A stretch of DNA of 34,829 bases from an uncultured Hyphomicrobiales bacterium. Its GTDB lineage: Bacteria > Pseudomonadota > Alphaproteobacteria > Rhizobiales > Ancalomicrobiaceae. The DNA lies in NCBI GenBank assembly GCA_903930435.1, contig CAIYYN010000006.1:1-34829 (forward strand), in the 5' to 3' direction. Position 1 is the stretch's first letter; each line of letters opens with the position of its first letter. This document shows positions 1 to 11,639 of the stretch, piece after piece. The notes beneath the pieces were generated by a model that worked only from the letters and a program-made list of their open reading frames with translations, did not search any database and was not told where the DNA came from. Position numbers and translations under genes: made by a program.

Positions 1-157
1 CCGCCGCCGCCAGAAACAGGGCATCGAGACCGGCTCGATGCCAGCCCCTGCGTGGCTGCTCGATTTCAATGCGCCCGCCCAGCAACTGGTCAATCGAGGT
101 GTCGGACTCGTCGTCGCTCTCTGGCTGGAGGGTCGAAACAGGCTCAAGTGATGTCAT
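1..157 (-). CDS. SAM-dependent methyltransferase (small-domain methyltransferase, tRNA m6A-methyltransferase-like), N-terminal portion only; gene continues past window start
   Basis: Manual minus-strand translation from the ATG at 157..155 gives MTSLEPVSTLQPESDDESDTSIDQLLGGRIEIEQPRRGWHRAGLDALFLAAA. This matches the conserved N-terminus (LLGGRxxxxQPxxGYRAGxDxVLLAA) of YfiC/methyltransferase-small-domain proteins. The start overlaps the stop of the upstream DUF2007 gene in an ATGA arrangement. Too short for the ORF track because it is truncated by the window edge. Confidence 0.5.
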   Translation of the reverse strand, partial: MTSLEPVSTLQPESDDESDTSIDQLLGGRIEIEQPRRGWHRAGLDALFLAAA

Positions 158-390
158 CCGCGACTGGGCTCCGGACGCAATTCATGCCCCAGCTCCGCGT
201 CCACCATCAGCCGACGGGCCTTGATCGCCTGATCTGAATCCACAATCACCCGCCGTGGTAACATGCCTAGTGACCCTTCCAGGGTACTCATATGTTGATC
301 AAGCACATAATGCACAATGCCGGCGCCTGTCAGCAGAGCCTCGACGGTTGCAATCAGGACCAGGTCGTTCGATCGGATCAGCTCTTCCAT
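154..390 (-). CDS. DUF2007 domain protein (putative signal-transducing protein)
   Basis: 78-aa ORF, MEELIRSNDLVLIATVEALLTGAGI..., typical of DUF2007 small proteins. Conserved Rhizobiales synteny: divergent from ispB and upstream of a methyltransferase. ATG start. Confidence 0.65.
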   Translation of the reverse strand: MEELIRSNDLVLIATVEALLTGAGIVHYVLDQHMSTLEGSLGMLPRRVIVDSDQAIKARRLMVDAELGHELRPEPSRG

Positions 391-693
391 GTGTCCTGCC
401 CATCAACCGGCTAACTCAAGCTACGAGATTGACAGGTCGCAGGTCCCGTTGACAAGCCGGTCGCGGATGATTTTCGGCATGTCTCAAGAACAGTTTTGGA
501 AATAGCGCGTCGAAATGACGATGGAAACCAATGACCGGATACCTCGTGTCCCATGGTTGGCTGTGAGGAACGCAAGTTGCGGTCGTTATGCTCGTTTTCC
601 TGATTTCGTTGTGACTGCGAACGTGCTACTCGAAACGTGATCTTTGGTCGATGGTCCAGGCGACGTCTTGAACCGTATCCAAGATCTGTTCGC

Positions 694-1728
694 ATGAAGG
701 AGCTTCGACGCGTGGGACTGGTAATTCCGCTCGATGAGAGAATAGATGACGAGCCCTCGATCGATCCGTTGGTCCGGCTGGTGAACGCTGATATGGCGCG
801 GGTCAATCAGCTGATTCTGGCCAAGGCAGGCTCCGATGTCGAAATGATTCCAGAGGTCGCCAATCACCTGATTTCTTCGGGCGGGAAGCGTTTGCGTCCG
901 ATGTTGACACTCGCTGCTGCGCAAATGTCCGGCTACGTCGGCGAAGGCCATATCGCCTTGGCGACGGCGGTTGAATTCATGCACACCGCGACTCTTCTGC
1001 ACGACGATGTCGTCGACGAAAGCGATATGCGGCGCGGAAAACTGGCCGCCCGGAAGGTGTGGGGCAATCAGGCCAGCGTCCTCGTCGGCGATTTTCTGTT
1101 GGGTCAGGCGTTCCGCATGATGGTCGATGTCGGTGTGATGGAATGTCTCGGCATTCTGTCGGACGCGGCTGCAATCATCGCTGAAGGCGAAGTGATGCAG
1201 CTAGCTGCCGCCAAGAACATGACAACCACCGAGAGTGATTATCTCGCCGTGATCAAGGCGAAAACGGCAGCCCTGTTTTCAGCCGCAGCGGAGGTCGGTC
1301 CAGTTCTGGCCGGACGTCCACGCGACGAGCAATACGCGCTCCGAAGCTATGGGATCAACCTTGGTTTTGCATTCCAGCTTGTCGATGACGCGCTCGACTA
1401 CGGCGGAACGACGGCTCAACTGGGCAAGAATGTCGGCGATGATTTCCGGGAGGGGAAGGTTACGCTCCCCGTGCTCGTTGCCTACGCGCGCGGGACCGCT
1501 GAGGATCGGTCGTTCTGGCAGCGGTGCATCGCCGAAGGAAACTTGCAGCCGAGCGATCTTTCGAGCGCCATCGAGCGCCTTGGTCGCGCGCAGGCCATTG
1601 AAGAGACGGTGGCCCGCGCTCGAAGCTATGGTGCTCTGGCGAAATCGTCGCTTGCACCCTTCAAGGACAGTCCGCACAAGCGCGCATTGCTGGAAGTGGT
1701 CGATTTCTGCATTGCGCGGGTCCACTGA
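694..1728 (+). CDS. ispB: polyprenyl (octaprenyl/decaprenyl) diphosphate synthase
   Basis: Both trans-prenyltransferase aspartate-rich motifs are present (LLHDDVVDESDMRRG and FQLVDDALDY). Start taken at the internal ATG (MKELRRVG...), which gives the expected ~344 aa. The track ORF begins further upstream. Confidence 0.9.
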   Translation: MKELRRVGLVIPLDERIDDEPSIDPLVRLVNADMARVNQLILAKAGSDVEMIPEVANHLISSGGKRLRPMLTLAAAQMSGYVGEGHIALATAVEFMHTATLLHDDVVDESDMRRGKLAARKVWGNQASVLVGDFLLGQAFRMMVDVGVMECLGILSDAAAIIAEGEVMQLAAAKNMTTTESDYLAVIKAKTAALFSAAAEVGPVLAGRPRDEQYALRSYGINLGFAFQLVDDALDYGGTTAQLGKNVGDDFREGKVTLPVLVAYARGTAEDRSFWQRCIAEGNLQPSDLSSAIERLGRAQAIEETVARARSYGALAKSSLAPFKDSPHKRALLEVVDFCIARVH

Positions 1729-1738
1729 TCCCCGCTGA

Positions 1739-2497
1739 TCATGTTATAAGCCGTTTGAAGGCATAGGCAGCGTAGACGCCTGCCGCCGCAATGGCCAACC
1801 CATACCATGTCAGGGCGTAGCCGAGGTGATTGTTCGAGAAGTCGATGATCGTCTCACCAGCCTGCGGCAGTCCGCCGGGAGGTGTCATGCTGGCATCGGC
1901 GTCGATGTAGAACGGCAGGATGCGATCCCGTGGCAAGCCCAATTGGATTGCCATCGCAACGGGATCACGCGTGAACCAGCGGTTTCGGGTGAGGTCATTG
2001 GCGGGGGTAAAACTGTTGCTCCCCTCTGGGCGACGCAGCAGGCCCGTCAACTCCAGCTCACCGGTTAGCTGTCCGGCCTGACGCGTTGTCGGGTCCTTGA
2101 ACCGGTCCGGCACGAAGCCCCTGTTGACGATCACTTCCGTTCCATCGCTCTCGATGAAGGGCGTAAACACCCACCAGCCAAAGCCGCCTTCGCGTCCCTT
2201 GGGTTCGGTGAGGGATGTGAAGACATGGAACTCGCGGTCAAAGACGTAATGACCGGTCAGCTTGACGCGGCTGTAATCAACAACTTCCGGATCCATCGCA
2301 GGCCATAGGTCGCGAGGCGGTAAGAGGGACGGAGCCTCACCCAAGCGATGAACCACGTCAGATGCGAGCTTCGTCTTGTAGGCGAGCCGGCGCATCTGCC
2401 AGTTTCCAAGCGAAACGAGAATAACCACGGCCACGAGTGTAAAAGCGCCCAGCCAGATCAGTCCGCCAATCGGCCTTGAGGTACTCTTCGTCGCCAT
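1739..2497 (-). CDS. SURF1 family cytochrome oxidase assembly protein
   Basis: N-terminal TM helix followed by WQMRRLAYK, plus a C-terminal TM helix, as in SURF1. ATG at 2497..2495 overlaps the upstream gene's TGA (ATGA coupling). The track ORF's first codon is TTG. Confidence 0.85.
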   Translation of the reverse strand: MATKSTSRPIGGLIWLGAFTLVAVVILVSLGNWQMRRLAYKTKLASDVVHRLGEAPSLLPPRDLWPAMDPEVVDYSRVKLTGHYVFDREFHVFTSLTEPKGREGGFGWWVFTPFIESDGTEVIVNRGFVPDRFKDPTTRQAGQLTGELELTGLLRRPEGSNSFTPANDLTRNRWFTRDPVAMAIQLGLPRDRILPFYIDADASMTPPGGLPQAGETIIDFSNNHLGYALTWYGLAIAAAGVYAAYAFKRLIT

Positions 2498-2997
2498 CAA
2501 TCAATCTGATCCTGTCCAGTAGGACGACCGTTGACGACCCTGGGAACGTTCGAAGCCGGCAGTTCAGTTGCCATGGCGTCCGGCTCTGACTGCAGGCGAC
2601 CCTGTTGAGCCTTGTTTGAAAATTGAAGAGCCACGAGAAGGCCCTTCATCGGGCGCAGCAGTCCGAGGGACAAGGCGATGACGAGGGGAAGCCAGAGCGT
2701 CATGTGCAGCCACATGGGGGGCCTGTATTTGACCTCGGTATAGAGCGCCGCCGCCATGACGATAAAGCCGACCAGCAGGATGACAAACACCGCCGGGCCG
2801 TCGCCTGCATCAATAAACTTGAAGTCCAGTTCGCAGCTCTCGCATTTCGGCGCCAGAGTGAGAAACCCCGAGTATAATTTGCCTGACCCGCAACGCGGAC
2901 ATTTGCCCAGGACACCGGCGACGAACGGGTGAACATTTGAGTTTGCTGGCGCGGGCATCTTTGGGCGCTTCCGGGTCAGGTTCTGGATCATCGGCAT
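2497..2997 (-). CDS. DUF983 domain protein (zinc-ribbon membrane protein of the cox cluster)
   Basis: CPRCGSGKLYSGFLTLAPKCESCELDF zinc-ribbon followed by two TM helices. Start set at the internal ATG 2997 (MPMIQNL...), which is preceded by GGGAGA. The longer track ORF would overlap coxC. Confidence 0.7.
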   Translation of the reverse strand: MPMIQNLTRKRPKMPAPANSNVHPFVAGVLGKCPRCGSGKLYSGFLTLAPKCESCELDFKFIDAGDGPAVFVILLVGFIVMAAALYTEVKYRPPMWLHMTLWLPLVIALSLGLLRPMKGLLVALQFSNKAQQGRLQSEPDAMATELPASNVPRVVNGRPTGQDQID

Positions 2998-3139
2998 CGT
3001 TTGATCTCCCGGCAAAGACCATAGTCTTTGACAGACCGGACCATTGCCCATGAACCGTACCGAGGCAAATAAAAAGAGCGAGAACGCGCTTTTTTCGTCG
3101 CATCCTCGCTCACTGGATCGAAGACCTTGGATCTCGGTC

Positions 3140-4021
3140 TTAGTGTGGTCCGCCTGCGCTTCCCCAGATATAGATTGCGGAGAACAGGAACAGCCAGACC
3201 ACGTCAACGAAGTGCCAGTACCAGGCGGCTGCCTCGAAGCCGAAATGCTGCTTCGGCGTGAAGGCACCTGCATTGGCGCGCAGCAGGCAGACGATCAGGA
3301 AGATCGTACCGACGATCACATGGAAGCCGTGGAAACCGGTCGCCATGAAGAATGTCGAGCCGTAGATGTGGCCAGCGAAATGGAAAGTCGCATCGGAATA
3401 TTCGTAGGCCTGGAAGCAGGTGAAGCTCAGACCAAGCACGATGGTTGCGAGCAAGCCCTTCTTCAGTCCGTCGCGATCATTGTGCAGCAGCGCATGATGG
3501 GCCCAGGTGATCGTCGTGCCAGAAAGCAACAGGATCAGGGTGTTAAGGAGCGGCAGATGCCAGGGATCGAGGGTCTCGATGCCAACCGGTGGCCACACGT
3601 TGCCGATGAAATCGGAACGCAGCGGCTGCTTGAGTTCGTGGGGGTACAGTGCGAAGGCGAAGAATGCCCAGAACCAGGCCACGAAGAACATGACTTCGGA
3701 CATGATGAACATGATCATGCCGTAGCGCAGGTGAATGGCCACGACCCGCGTATGATGGCCTGTGTTCGCTTCCTTGATGACGTCCGACCACCAAGCATAG
3801 AAGGTGAACAGCACAACGGCCAGACCGAGGATCAGGATCCATGGGCCGGTCGCTGCGACATCAACGAGACCGCCAATGACGACCTTCTCCGCCTTCAGCC
3901 AATGGAAGTAGCCGACGGCACCGACGGCCATGATGAACGCACCAATCGAGGCAACGAGCGGCCATGGGCTGGGGTCAACAAGGTGATAATCGTGGTTCTG
4001 GGTCGAATGTGTTTCAGCCAT
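3140..4021 (-). CDS. coxC: cytochrome c oxidase subunit III
   Basis: 293 aa, 7-TM protein. The N-terminus [22 protein letters not shown] and overall sequence match aa3-type subunit III. Confidence 0.9.
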   Translation of the reverse strand: MAETHSTQNHDYHLVDPSPWPLVASIGAFIMAVGAVGYFHWLKAEKVVIGGLVDVAATGPWILILGLAVVLFTFYAWWSDVIKEANTGHHTRVVAIHLRYGMIMFIMSEVMFFVAWFWAFFAFALYPHELKQPLRSDFIGNVWPPVGIETLDPWHLPLLNTLILLLSGTTITWAHHALLHNDRDGLKKGLLATIVLGLSFTCFQAYEYSDATFHFAGHIYGSTFFMATGFHGFHVIVGTIFLIVCLLRANAGAFTPKQHFGFEAAAWYWHFVDVVWLFLFSAIYIWGSAGGPH

Positions 4022-4057
4022 GGTGTCCCCCGTGGTCAGCTTCCCTGTCCTGCCGCA

Positions 4058-4663
4058 TCACAGCTTCGGCACGGACGTGTCCTCAACGGACGCGAGTGGT
4101 TTGCGTGGTTTTGTGGATGGGTAGAAAGTGTAGGATAGTGCAATCGACGTGACGGAATTCATGTTGCGGTCCTTGGCGATGTCAGGATCGACAAAGAACG
4201 TGACCGGCACGATGATCTGTTCGCGAGGCTCGAGCTTCTGTTCGGTGAAGCAAAAGCATACAATCTTGTCGAAGTAACTGCCTGCACCGTCTGGCGCGAC
4301 ATTGTAGACCGCCATTCCCGCTGTGGGCTCGTCCGACTGGTTCTCGATCACGTAGTTGACGGTGGCCACTTCGCCACCATGAACGATGATCGATGACTGT
4401 TCCGGATGAAACTTCCATGGAAGGCCCGGCGACGTATTGCTGTCAAAGCGAATCTCGAACGTGCGATCAATCTGATCGACGGGCGCAGAGACGGCCACCT
4501 GTGTGGTTCCGCCATAGCCTGTCGTCTTGCAGAACCAGGTGTAAAAGGGCACTGCCGCGAAGGACAGGCCGAGAGTCACCAAGGCAATAGAGCCCGCAGA
4601 AGCCGCAACCTTGAAATCGCGCTTCTTCTGGGCCTCTGACTTGGGCGGCTGTTCCGAATTCAT
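4058..4663 (-). CDS. ctaG: cytochrome c oxidase assembly protein CtaG/Cox11
   Basis: N-terminal TM helix and the copper-binding CFCF motif (KIVCFCFTEQ) of Cox11. Confidence 0.85.
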   Translation of the reverse strand: MNSEQPPKSEAQKKRDFKVAASAGSIALVTLGLSFAAVPFYTWFCKTTGYGGTTQVAVSAPVDQIDRTFEIRFDSNTSPGLPWKFHPEQSSIIVHGGEVATVNYVIENQSDEPTAGMAVYNVAPDGAGSYFDKIVCFCFTEQKLEPREQIIVPVTFFVDPDIAKDRNMNSVTSIALSYTFYPSTKPRKPLASVEDTSVPKL

Positions 4664-4691
4664 CGGCTGCCTCTGTTGCTGATCGAACGGA

Positions 4692-4874
4692 TCAATGATG
4701 CATTCCTCCGCTCAGCTTCACGATCGTCATTGCATAAAACAGACAGACGAAACCGAGCAACGCGAGGCCGATTGCCAAATTGCGCTGGCCACGACGCTTT
4801 GACTGCAACTCTGTTAGCTTCACGCCTTCGTCATCAGAGCCCGTCTGGTTCGTCATTACTGTACCACTCGTCAT
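4692..4874 (-). CDS. small single-TM protein encoded between ctaB and ctaG
   Basis: ~60-aa ORF starting at the ATG at 4874 (after the ctaB stop). GGGAAA lies upstream. One hydrophobic helix (LAIGLALLGFVCLFYAMTIV). Position is conserved within the cox operon. Confidence 0.4.
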   Translation of the reverse strand: MTSGTVMTNQTGSDDEGVKLTELQSKRRGQRNLAIGLALLGFVCLFYAMTIVKLSGGMHH

Positions 4875-4887
4875 AGCCGTTTCCCGA

Positions 4888-5805
4888 TCATACCAGATGC
4901 ACGAGCCGCTCAACGAGCAGCACAGCGTAGAGGACTGTCAGGTAAAGGATGGAGAAGCCAAACAGCTTGCCACAGCTGCGACGGATCACCGCCCGGTCCG
5001 TTGACAGACGGATGCGCATTGCGAGCGCCAGAAACACACCACCCAAAACAGTGGAAATGATGCCGTAAGCGATACCACCGAACCCAAGCCAATAGGGCGC
5101 AATGCCGACGGGTACGAGCAGGATCGAATAGAGCAGGATCTGGGTGCGCGTTGCTTTTTCACCGGCCACCACAGGAAGCATCGGGACACCGGCGCGGGCA
5201 TAATCGTCCAATTTCAGCAGAGCCAGCGCCCAGAAGTGGGGCGGCGTCCAGGTGAAGATCAACAGGAACAGGACGATCGATTCAATCGACACCGAATTTG
5301 TCATCGCTGCCCAGCCGATCATCGGCGGAAATGCACCGGCAGCGCCGCCGATCACGATGTTCTGCGGAGTCAGCCGCTTCAGCCACATCGTGTAGATGAC
5401 CAGATAGAAGAAAATCGTGAAGGCCAGAAGCCCTGCAGCCAGCACGTTCGCCGCCAGACCGAGTGTGATCACCGAGCCGAGCGACAGGACGAGACCAAAG
5501 GCAAGCGCTTCGTTCGGCGTTACCCGACCCGACGGGATGGGCCTTTTCGTGGTGCGGGACATGACGGCGTCGATATCGGCGTCGTACCACATGTTCAAGG
5601 CACCAGCCGCGCCAGCACCAACGGCGATCGAGAGCAGCGATACCGCCATCAGAAAGGGATTAAGTCCCGATGGCGCAACGAGCATGCCGACGAACGCCGT
5701 GAAGATGACAAGCGACATCACGCGTGGCTTCATCAACGCGAGGAAGTCTCCCGGCCCGGCCGTGGAAACCTCTATCTGGTCTGATGATCTCGTGACGTCC
5801 GACAT
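4888..5805 (-). CDS. ctaB: protoheme IX farnesyltransferase (heme o synthase)
   Basis: UbiA-superfamily polytopic protein with clear similarity to CtaB/CyoE/Cox10 heme o synthases. Start taken at ATG 5805 (MSDVTRSS...) with an AAGGG RBS. The track ORF starts at an upstream TTG. Confidence 0.9.
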   Translation of the reverse strand: MSDVTRSSDQIEVSTAGPGDFLALMKPRVMSLVIFTAFVGMLVAPSGLNPFLMAVSLLSIAVGAGAAGALNMWYDADIDAVMSRTTKRPIPSGRVTPNEALAFGLVLSLGSVITLGLAANVLAAGLLAFTIFFYLVIYTMWLKRLTPQNIVIGGAAGAFPPMIGWAAMTNSVSIESIVLFLLIFTWTPPHFWALALLKLDDYARAGVPMLPVVAGEKATRTQILLYSILLVPVGIAPYWLGFGGIAYGIISTVLGGVFLALAMRIRLSTDRAVIRRSCGKLFGFSILYLTVLYAVLLVERLVHLV

Positions 5806-5904
5806 GAAAACCCTTTTAACACCTATCGGCAAAGCCTCGCTCTGCCTTTTCCGGACGGGCCAGTTTACGTCTGGCTCGGCTGCCCGAAACTTTCAGATGA
5901 TAGA

Positions 5905-5941
5905 CCGCGTGGCCAGATCGGTCATCCGTCTGGCCACGCGG
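5905..5941 (-). terminator. GC-rich stem-loop (13-bp perfect stem CCGCGTGGCCAGA/TCTGGCCACGCGG, 11-nt loop) between coxA stop and ctaB start
   Basis: Perfect inverted repeat 13 nt downstream of the coxA stop. The following tract is only weakly U-rich, so the element may be an mRNA stability or processing element rather than a terminator. Confidence 0.3.
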
Positions 5942-5953
5942 CGCATGTGTAGA

Positions 5954-7636
<1,683 letters not shown>

Positions 7637-7683
7637 TCAATCACGAGGCGGTCTTGAATTGCGCAAGCTGAAATCGAAAAGGG

Positions 7684-7709
7684 GATGGTGCCGACACTCC
7701 GGCACCATC
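7684..7709 (-). terminator. stem-loop (10-bp stem GATGGTGCCG/CGGCACCATC, 6-nt loop) 1 nt after the coxB stop on the transcribed strand, followed by CCCCUUUUCGAUUU; likely partial terminator or attenuator within the cox operon
   Basis: Perfect inverted repeat read from the sequence. U-rich tract downstream on the minus strand. Confidence 0.4.
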
Positions 7710-7710
7710 A

Positions 7711-8688
7711 TCACTTGGAGGCAACGGCCAATTTCTTGGTGTCGGCGTCAATGGCTTGAGCCAATACCTTGTAGGCCTTGTCGACATCCGTCTTTGCGGC
7801 TTCAGACCATGCCTTGAACTGTTCCTCGGTCACGACCTGCACCGCAATCGGCATGAACGCGTGGCCCTGTCCGCAGAGTTCAGAGCATTCGCCGTAGTAC
7901 ATCCCTGTCCGCTCGGCCTTGAACCAGGTTTCATTCAGTCGACCGGGCATCGCGTCGACCTTCACGCCGAAGGACGGCACCGCGAACGAGTGGATGACCG
8001 AAATCGGCTCGGCTGTGACCAGAACCTTGATGGTCTTGCCGACGGGAACGACAAAATTATTGTCGACTGCCAAGAGGCGCGGCTGGGTGTTCGGGTCAGT
8101 ACGGCTGTCAGAATCTGCCGTCGTCAACGAAATGCTGCCAACGGAAACCGGCTGCTTCTTGGAATCCAGCACGTCCGAATATTCGTACGTCCATGACCAG
8201 CCTGCCATTCCGATCGCCTTGACCGTCATGTCCGCCGGGGGAACTTCGAGTTCCTTGTAGAGCAGTCGGAGGGACGGCACGGCAATGACAACGAGGATGA
8301 GTACCGGCACGATGGTCCAGATCACCTCGATCATCGTGTTGTGAGCGACCTTGGATGGAACCGGGTTTGCCTTCGCATTGAAGCGCACCATGACGTAGAT
8401 CAGCAGGCCCAGCACAAACAATGTGATGAAGCCGACAATCCACATCGTCAGATTGGCGAAAGAATGAATGTCTTCCATCACTTCAGTGGCAGAGGGCTGC
8501 AGATACAGTTGCCATTTGACGATTTGCGGCGTCTCGATCATCTCGGCGAGCGCCGGTGTCGCTGCCAGCATTGCGGCCAAGGTCACCGCAATTGCTGCAA
8601 TTCCCACACCGGTCAGTCCGGTCAGGGACGAAAAGCCTGCAGTTCTAGTTGAGCCCGATTGGGCCTTGCGTTTCAGGATCACGTCCAT
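7711..8688 (-). CDS. coxB: cytochrome c oxidase subunit II
   Basis: Signal peptide ending in ALA, two TM helices and the CuA centre (CSELCGQGHAFM). Start set at ATG 8688, which is preceded by AAGGAG. The track ORF begins at an upstream TTG. Confidence 0.9.
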   Translation of the reverse strand: MDVILKRKAQSGSTRTAGFSSLTGLTGVGIAAIAVTLAAMLAATPALAEMIETPQIVKWQLYLQPSATEVMEDIHSFANLTMWIVGFITLFVLGLLIYVMVRFNAKANPVPSKVAHNTMIEVIWTIVPVLILVVIAVPSLRLLYKELEVPPADMTVKAIGMAGWSWTYEYSDVLDSKKQPVSVGSISLTTADSDSRTDPNTQPRLLAVDNNFVVPVGKTIKVLVTAEPISVIHSFAVPSFGVKVDAMPGRLNETWFKAERTGMYYGECSELCGQGHAFMPIAVQVVTEEQFKAWSEAAKTDVDKAYKVLAQAIDADTKKLAVASK

Positions 8689-9620
8689 AGCTCCTTCGCC
8701 AGGTCTTCGGTCCGTTCCGGTCAACAGCCGCTTCAAGAGAGAAGGGGCATTGTTCCGGCAATCACACCAACCACTTCATCGTCTGTTGGGTCCACTGTGA
8801 AGGACATCGACACGTGGGCGGTGTCTCAAGTCCTTCCAAATCGACCCAACAACCCCTCATCAACTCCCACATTCGCCCCCCGCAGAGGCGCATTGAGGAG
8901 TTCGTCCATTCTGTTCAATCCTCTAGGAGCTAGATGGAGCGACATAGTCCCCTGTCCAGCCCTCAGACACGTCATGTGAACAGTCGATGTTGGTCATCTC
9001 GCTTTTGCGAAGACCAATTCACTTTCGCACTCAATGACAGCCCATTTGACTAAGATCAAGGCTTCAGCAGAAAAAGCACAGCCAAAGCTCGCCTGCAACG
9101 GGTCAACTATACGAAATATGTTGCGAATTTGCACTGCCAATTGACGCACCCGCTCAAAAATGGCGAAATTCCGGCGGCTTTCCGCAACAACTCCGCCGAA
9201 AGTCCTAGTCAACATACCGGTAACTACGGATGCGAAAAGGCGGTTTCCCAGATGCACGTGCCTTGCGGATCACGGGGCGCTGCGACCGCGCAAGCGCTCT
9301 GCGTCCGGACACGGCGAGCTATCGCAGCAAGCATGGCATTGATTCGGCGATCCGGCGTGCGGCGCTTTCGGTTCTGTTGAAAAAACAGCGCCTTGAGCCG
9401 TCGAACAGGTGACCGGTTGTCGCAGCCGGTCCGGTCATCGCCCCGAGGTCTTGAGAATTTCGCCGAATGCCCGGCCTTGTGACTGCAAATCCGACTTATC
9501 TTCCGCTATGGATGGCACCAGACAGCAAGTGAGTCGACTTTCGCATCCCGGTCATGCATTGGCCTTGGTTTCGAGGATCATGCCCTTATCCATTTGCTCC
9601 GTCTTTTGAACAGGGGTCTC

Positions 9621-10169
9621 ATGCACATATTTAACCGTCTGCCCGCCTTCCGCGCCGAAACAGTCAGAACCTTGTCAATCGCCTTTGCTGCCGGTCTGTT
9701 GGCGGCGGGAATTCTTGGTGCAACGCCGCATGCCTTTGCGCAAGGGGAGCCGCGAGGTCAGTTCGGCGATTGGCAGATGCACTGTGACAAGCCCGGTGGG
9801 GCCAAGACCGAACAATGTGCGCTCATTCAGAATGTGACGGCAGAAGATCGTCCAAATGTCGGGCTATCCATCATCGTCCTGCGAACAGCTGACAAGAAGC
9901 AGCGCATCCTGCGTGTGCTGGCGCCGTTGGGCGTCCTTTTGCCATCGGGTCTCGGCCTCAAGATTGATACGACGGATATCGGACGCACCGCATTTGTACG
10001 CTGTCTGCCGAATGGCTGCATTGCCGAGGTCGTGATTGAAGACAAACTGCTCGACCAACTGAAGACAGGCAAGAACGCGACCTTCATCCTGTTTCAAACG
10101 CCGGAAGAGGGGATCGGTATCCCGATCGCGTTGGCTGGCTTCAGTGAAGGCTTCGACAAGCTGCCGTGA
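9621..10169 (+). CDS. invasion-associated locus B (IalB) family periplasmic protein
   Basis: Signal peptide plus the IalB-family conserved core (FGDWQMHCD..., CLPNGCIAEV). Internal ATG at 9621 with an AGGGG RBS. The track ORF starts at TTG 9594. Confidence 0.75.
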   Translation: MHIFNRLPAFRAETVRTLSIAFAAGLLAAGILGATPHAFAQGEPRGQFGDWQMHCDKPGGAKTEQCALIQNVTAEDRPNVGLSIIVLRTADKKQRILRVLAPLGVLLPSGLGLKIDTTDIGRTAFVRCLPNGCIAEVVIEDKLLDQLKTGKNATFILFQTPEEGIGIPIALAGFSEGFDKLP

Positions 10170-10282
10170 TCAGGGCCTCGCTTGCCGGGCGATACGCGCG
10201 GGTGTAATCGTGACCCCGCGCTGACGAAAAGTGGAATCGCCAGTCTCGGACCAATATTGTCTTTTGCCCTTGGGAGCGTTCC

Positions 10283-11551
10283 ATGCCTGTTTATGAGGTT
10301 GAATTCCAACGCAAGACGCCGTCTGTGATCTGGCGCTTCATCCTGACGCTGGTGATTGTAGTTCTTGCCATTGCCGTCAACATGATCGTTGGTATCAACA
10401 CGACCATCAGCTTCGGTCAATCGGCTGCCGGTCAGTTTGCCAATAGCAGCGACGCCGCCGTCACTGTTCCTCTGCAATTCTGGGTCTCTCACATGCTTGG
10501 CCTTTCAGCGATCATCACATTCTTGCTACTCTGCCTGATCTGGTGGCCGGTTGTTCGGAGCATCACCCGAACCATGACTGCTGTGATGATCGCGGGCGCA
10601 GCGCTGCTTGCCACTGCCGGGGGTGACGCAAAGGCCTATTACGACAAGACTGACGTTGCGGAAGCCGTGTTCATCCTGCCCAATGAATCCGCCTTCTTTA
10701 TCCCGGATGTCGGCGCGAACAAGGATTCGCAGGCAAAGTTCGGCTCCGAGGAATACCTGAACCAGAACAAGGTCGCGGCCAAACGCTTCCAGATTCCGCA
10801 TGCGAAATTCTCTGGCTCCGGCGGTACCTACAGCATCTGGTCAGATTTTTATGTCCCGACGGGCCGACTGATCATCGTGGATCGCACACCCTATAATCGC
10901 GAATGGACGGCCAGCACGTCTACGGGCACCTCGTCCAAGAACGAGTCCTTTCCCTGCCAGAGTTCCGAGGGTCTGAACATGACCGCCGAGGTCGCGATCG
11001 CGGCGTCGGTATCTGAAGATAATGTGGCCAAGTTTCTCTATTATTTCGGCGTCAATCCGCCGGTGGGAGACAGGTCGCGTCCCGAGGTGATCTTCACGTC
11101 GGTCTATTACGGCAAGAGTCTTGCGCAGGTGATGGATACGGTTGGCCGCGGCAAGGTCCAGTCGATCGTCTGTCACGAATTTGCAGCCCGCACGTTCGAT
11201 GAAGGCAACAAGCATCTCAACGAGGTCATGACCAATGTCGAAAAGAATGTCGGCGATTTCCTGGCATCACGCGGGATTACGCTCGATTACATTGGTTGGG
11301 CCGGGACCATCACCTTTGACAAGGATGTTCAGCAGGCAGTCAATGATCGCTACACAGCTGAACATCTGGCACCGATCCTTCCTGTGATGCAGCAGAAAGC
11401 CGAGATCGCAATCCAGACGGCGGCGGCGACCGCCATCATGCGCTGGGATGGCAAGTTGCCGGCACAGATTTCGGGCCTTTGGATTGTGCCCGGGGCATGG
11501 GTGGATGTCTTGTCGCAGTTTGTAAAACCCGTCGCCCCACCGGCGAAGTGA
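10283..11551 (+). CDS. membrane protein with SPFH/band-7-like domain
   Basis: N-terminal TM helices. The C-terminal region (RGITLDYIGWAGTITFDKDVQQAVNDRYTAEHLA) fits the SPFH core consensus. GGGAG RBS before the ATG. GC content is lower than in neighbouring genes. Confidence 0.5.
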   Translation: MPVYEVEFQRKTPSVIWRFILTLVIVVLAIAVNMIVGINTTISFGQSAAGQFANSSDAAVTVPLQFWVSHMLGLSAIITFLLLCLIWWPVVRSITRTMTAVMIAGAALLATAGGDAKAYYDKTDVAEAVFILPNESAFFIPDVGANKDSQAKFGSEEYLNQNKVAAKRFQIPHAKFSGSGGTYSIWSDFYVPTGRLIIVDRTPYNREWTASTSTGTSSKNESFPCQSSEGLNMTAEVAIAASVSEDNVAKFLYYFGVNPPVGDRSRPEVIFTSVYYGKSLAQVMDTVGRGKVQSIVCHEFAARTFDEGNKHLNEVMTNVEKNVGDFLASRGITLDYIGWAGTITFDKDVQQAVNDRYTAEHLAPILPVMQQKAEIAIQTAAATAIMRWDGKLPAQISGLWIVPGAWVDVLSQFVKPVAPPAK

Positions 11552-11639
11552 TCGCGAAGCGGTTATCTCGCGTATCCATTTCGAGGCGGTGCCGTCGGTT
11601 CCGCAGCTCGGCGTGCCGCATTGATAGAAAGTTATCCGG

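Noticed and set aside
3044-4138. 364-aa plus-strand ORF
   Set aside because: Antisense to coxC/ctaG with acidic low-complexity content. Typical spurious antisense ORF in high-GC DNA.
8994-9257. 87-aa minus-strand ORF in the coxB-ialB spacer
   Set aside because: No recognisable motif, no convincing RBS, and it lies in a probable regulatory region. Kept only as a possibility in the findings.
10169-10282. 7-bp GC stem (GCGCGGG/CCCGCGC) after the ialB stop as a terminator
   Set aside because: Short stem with a 12-nt loop and no U-tract. Too weak to call.
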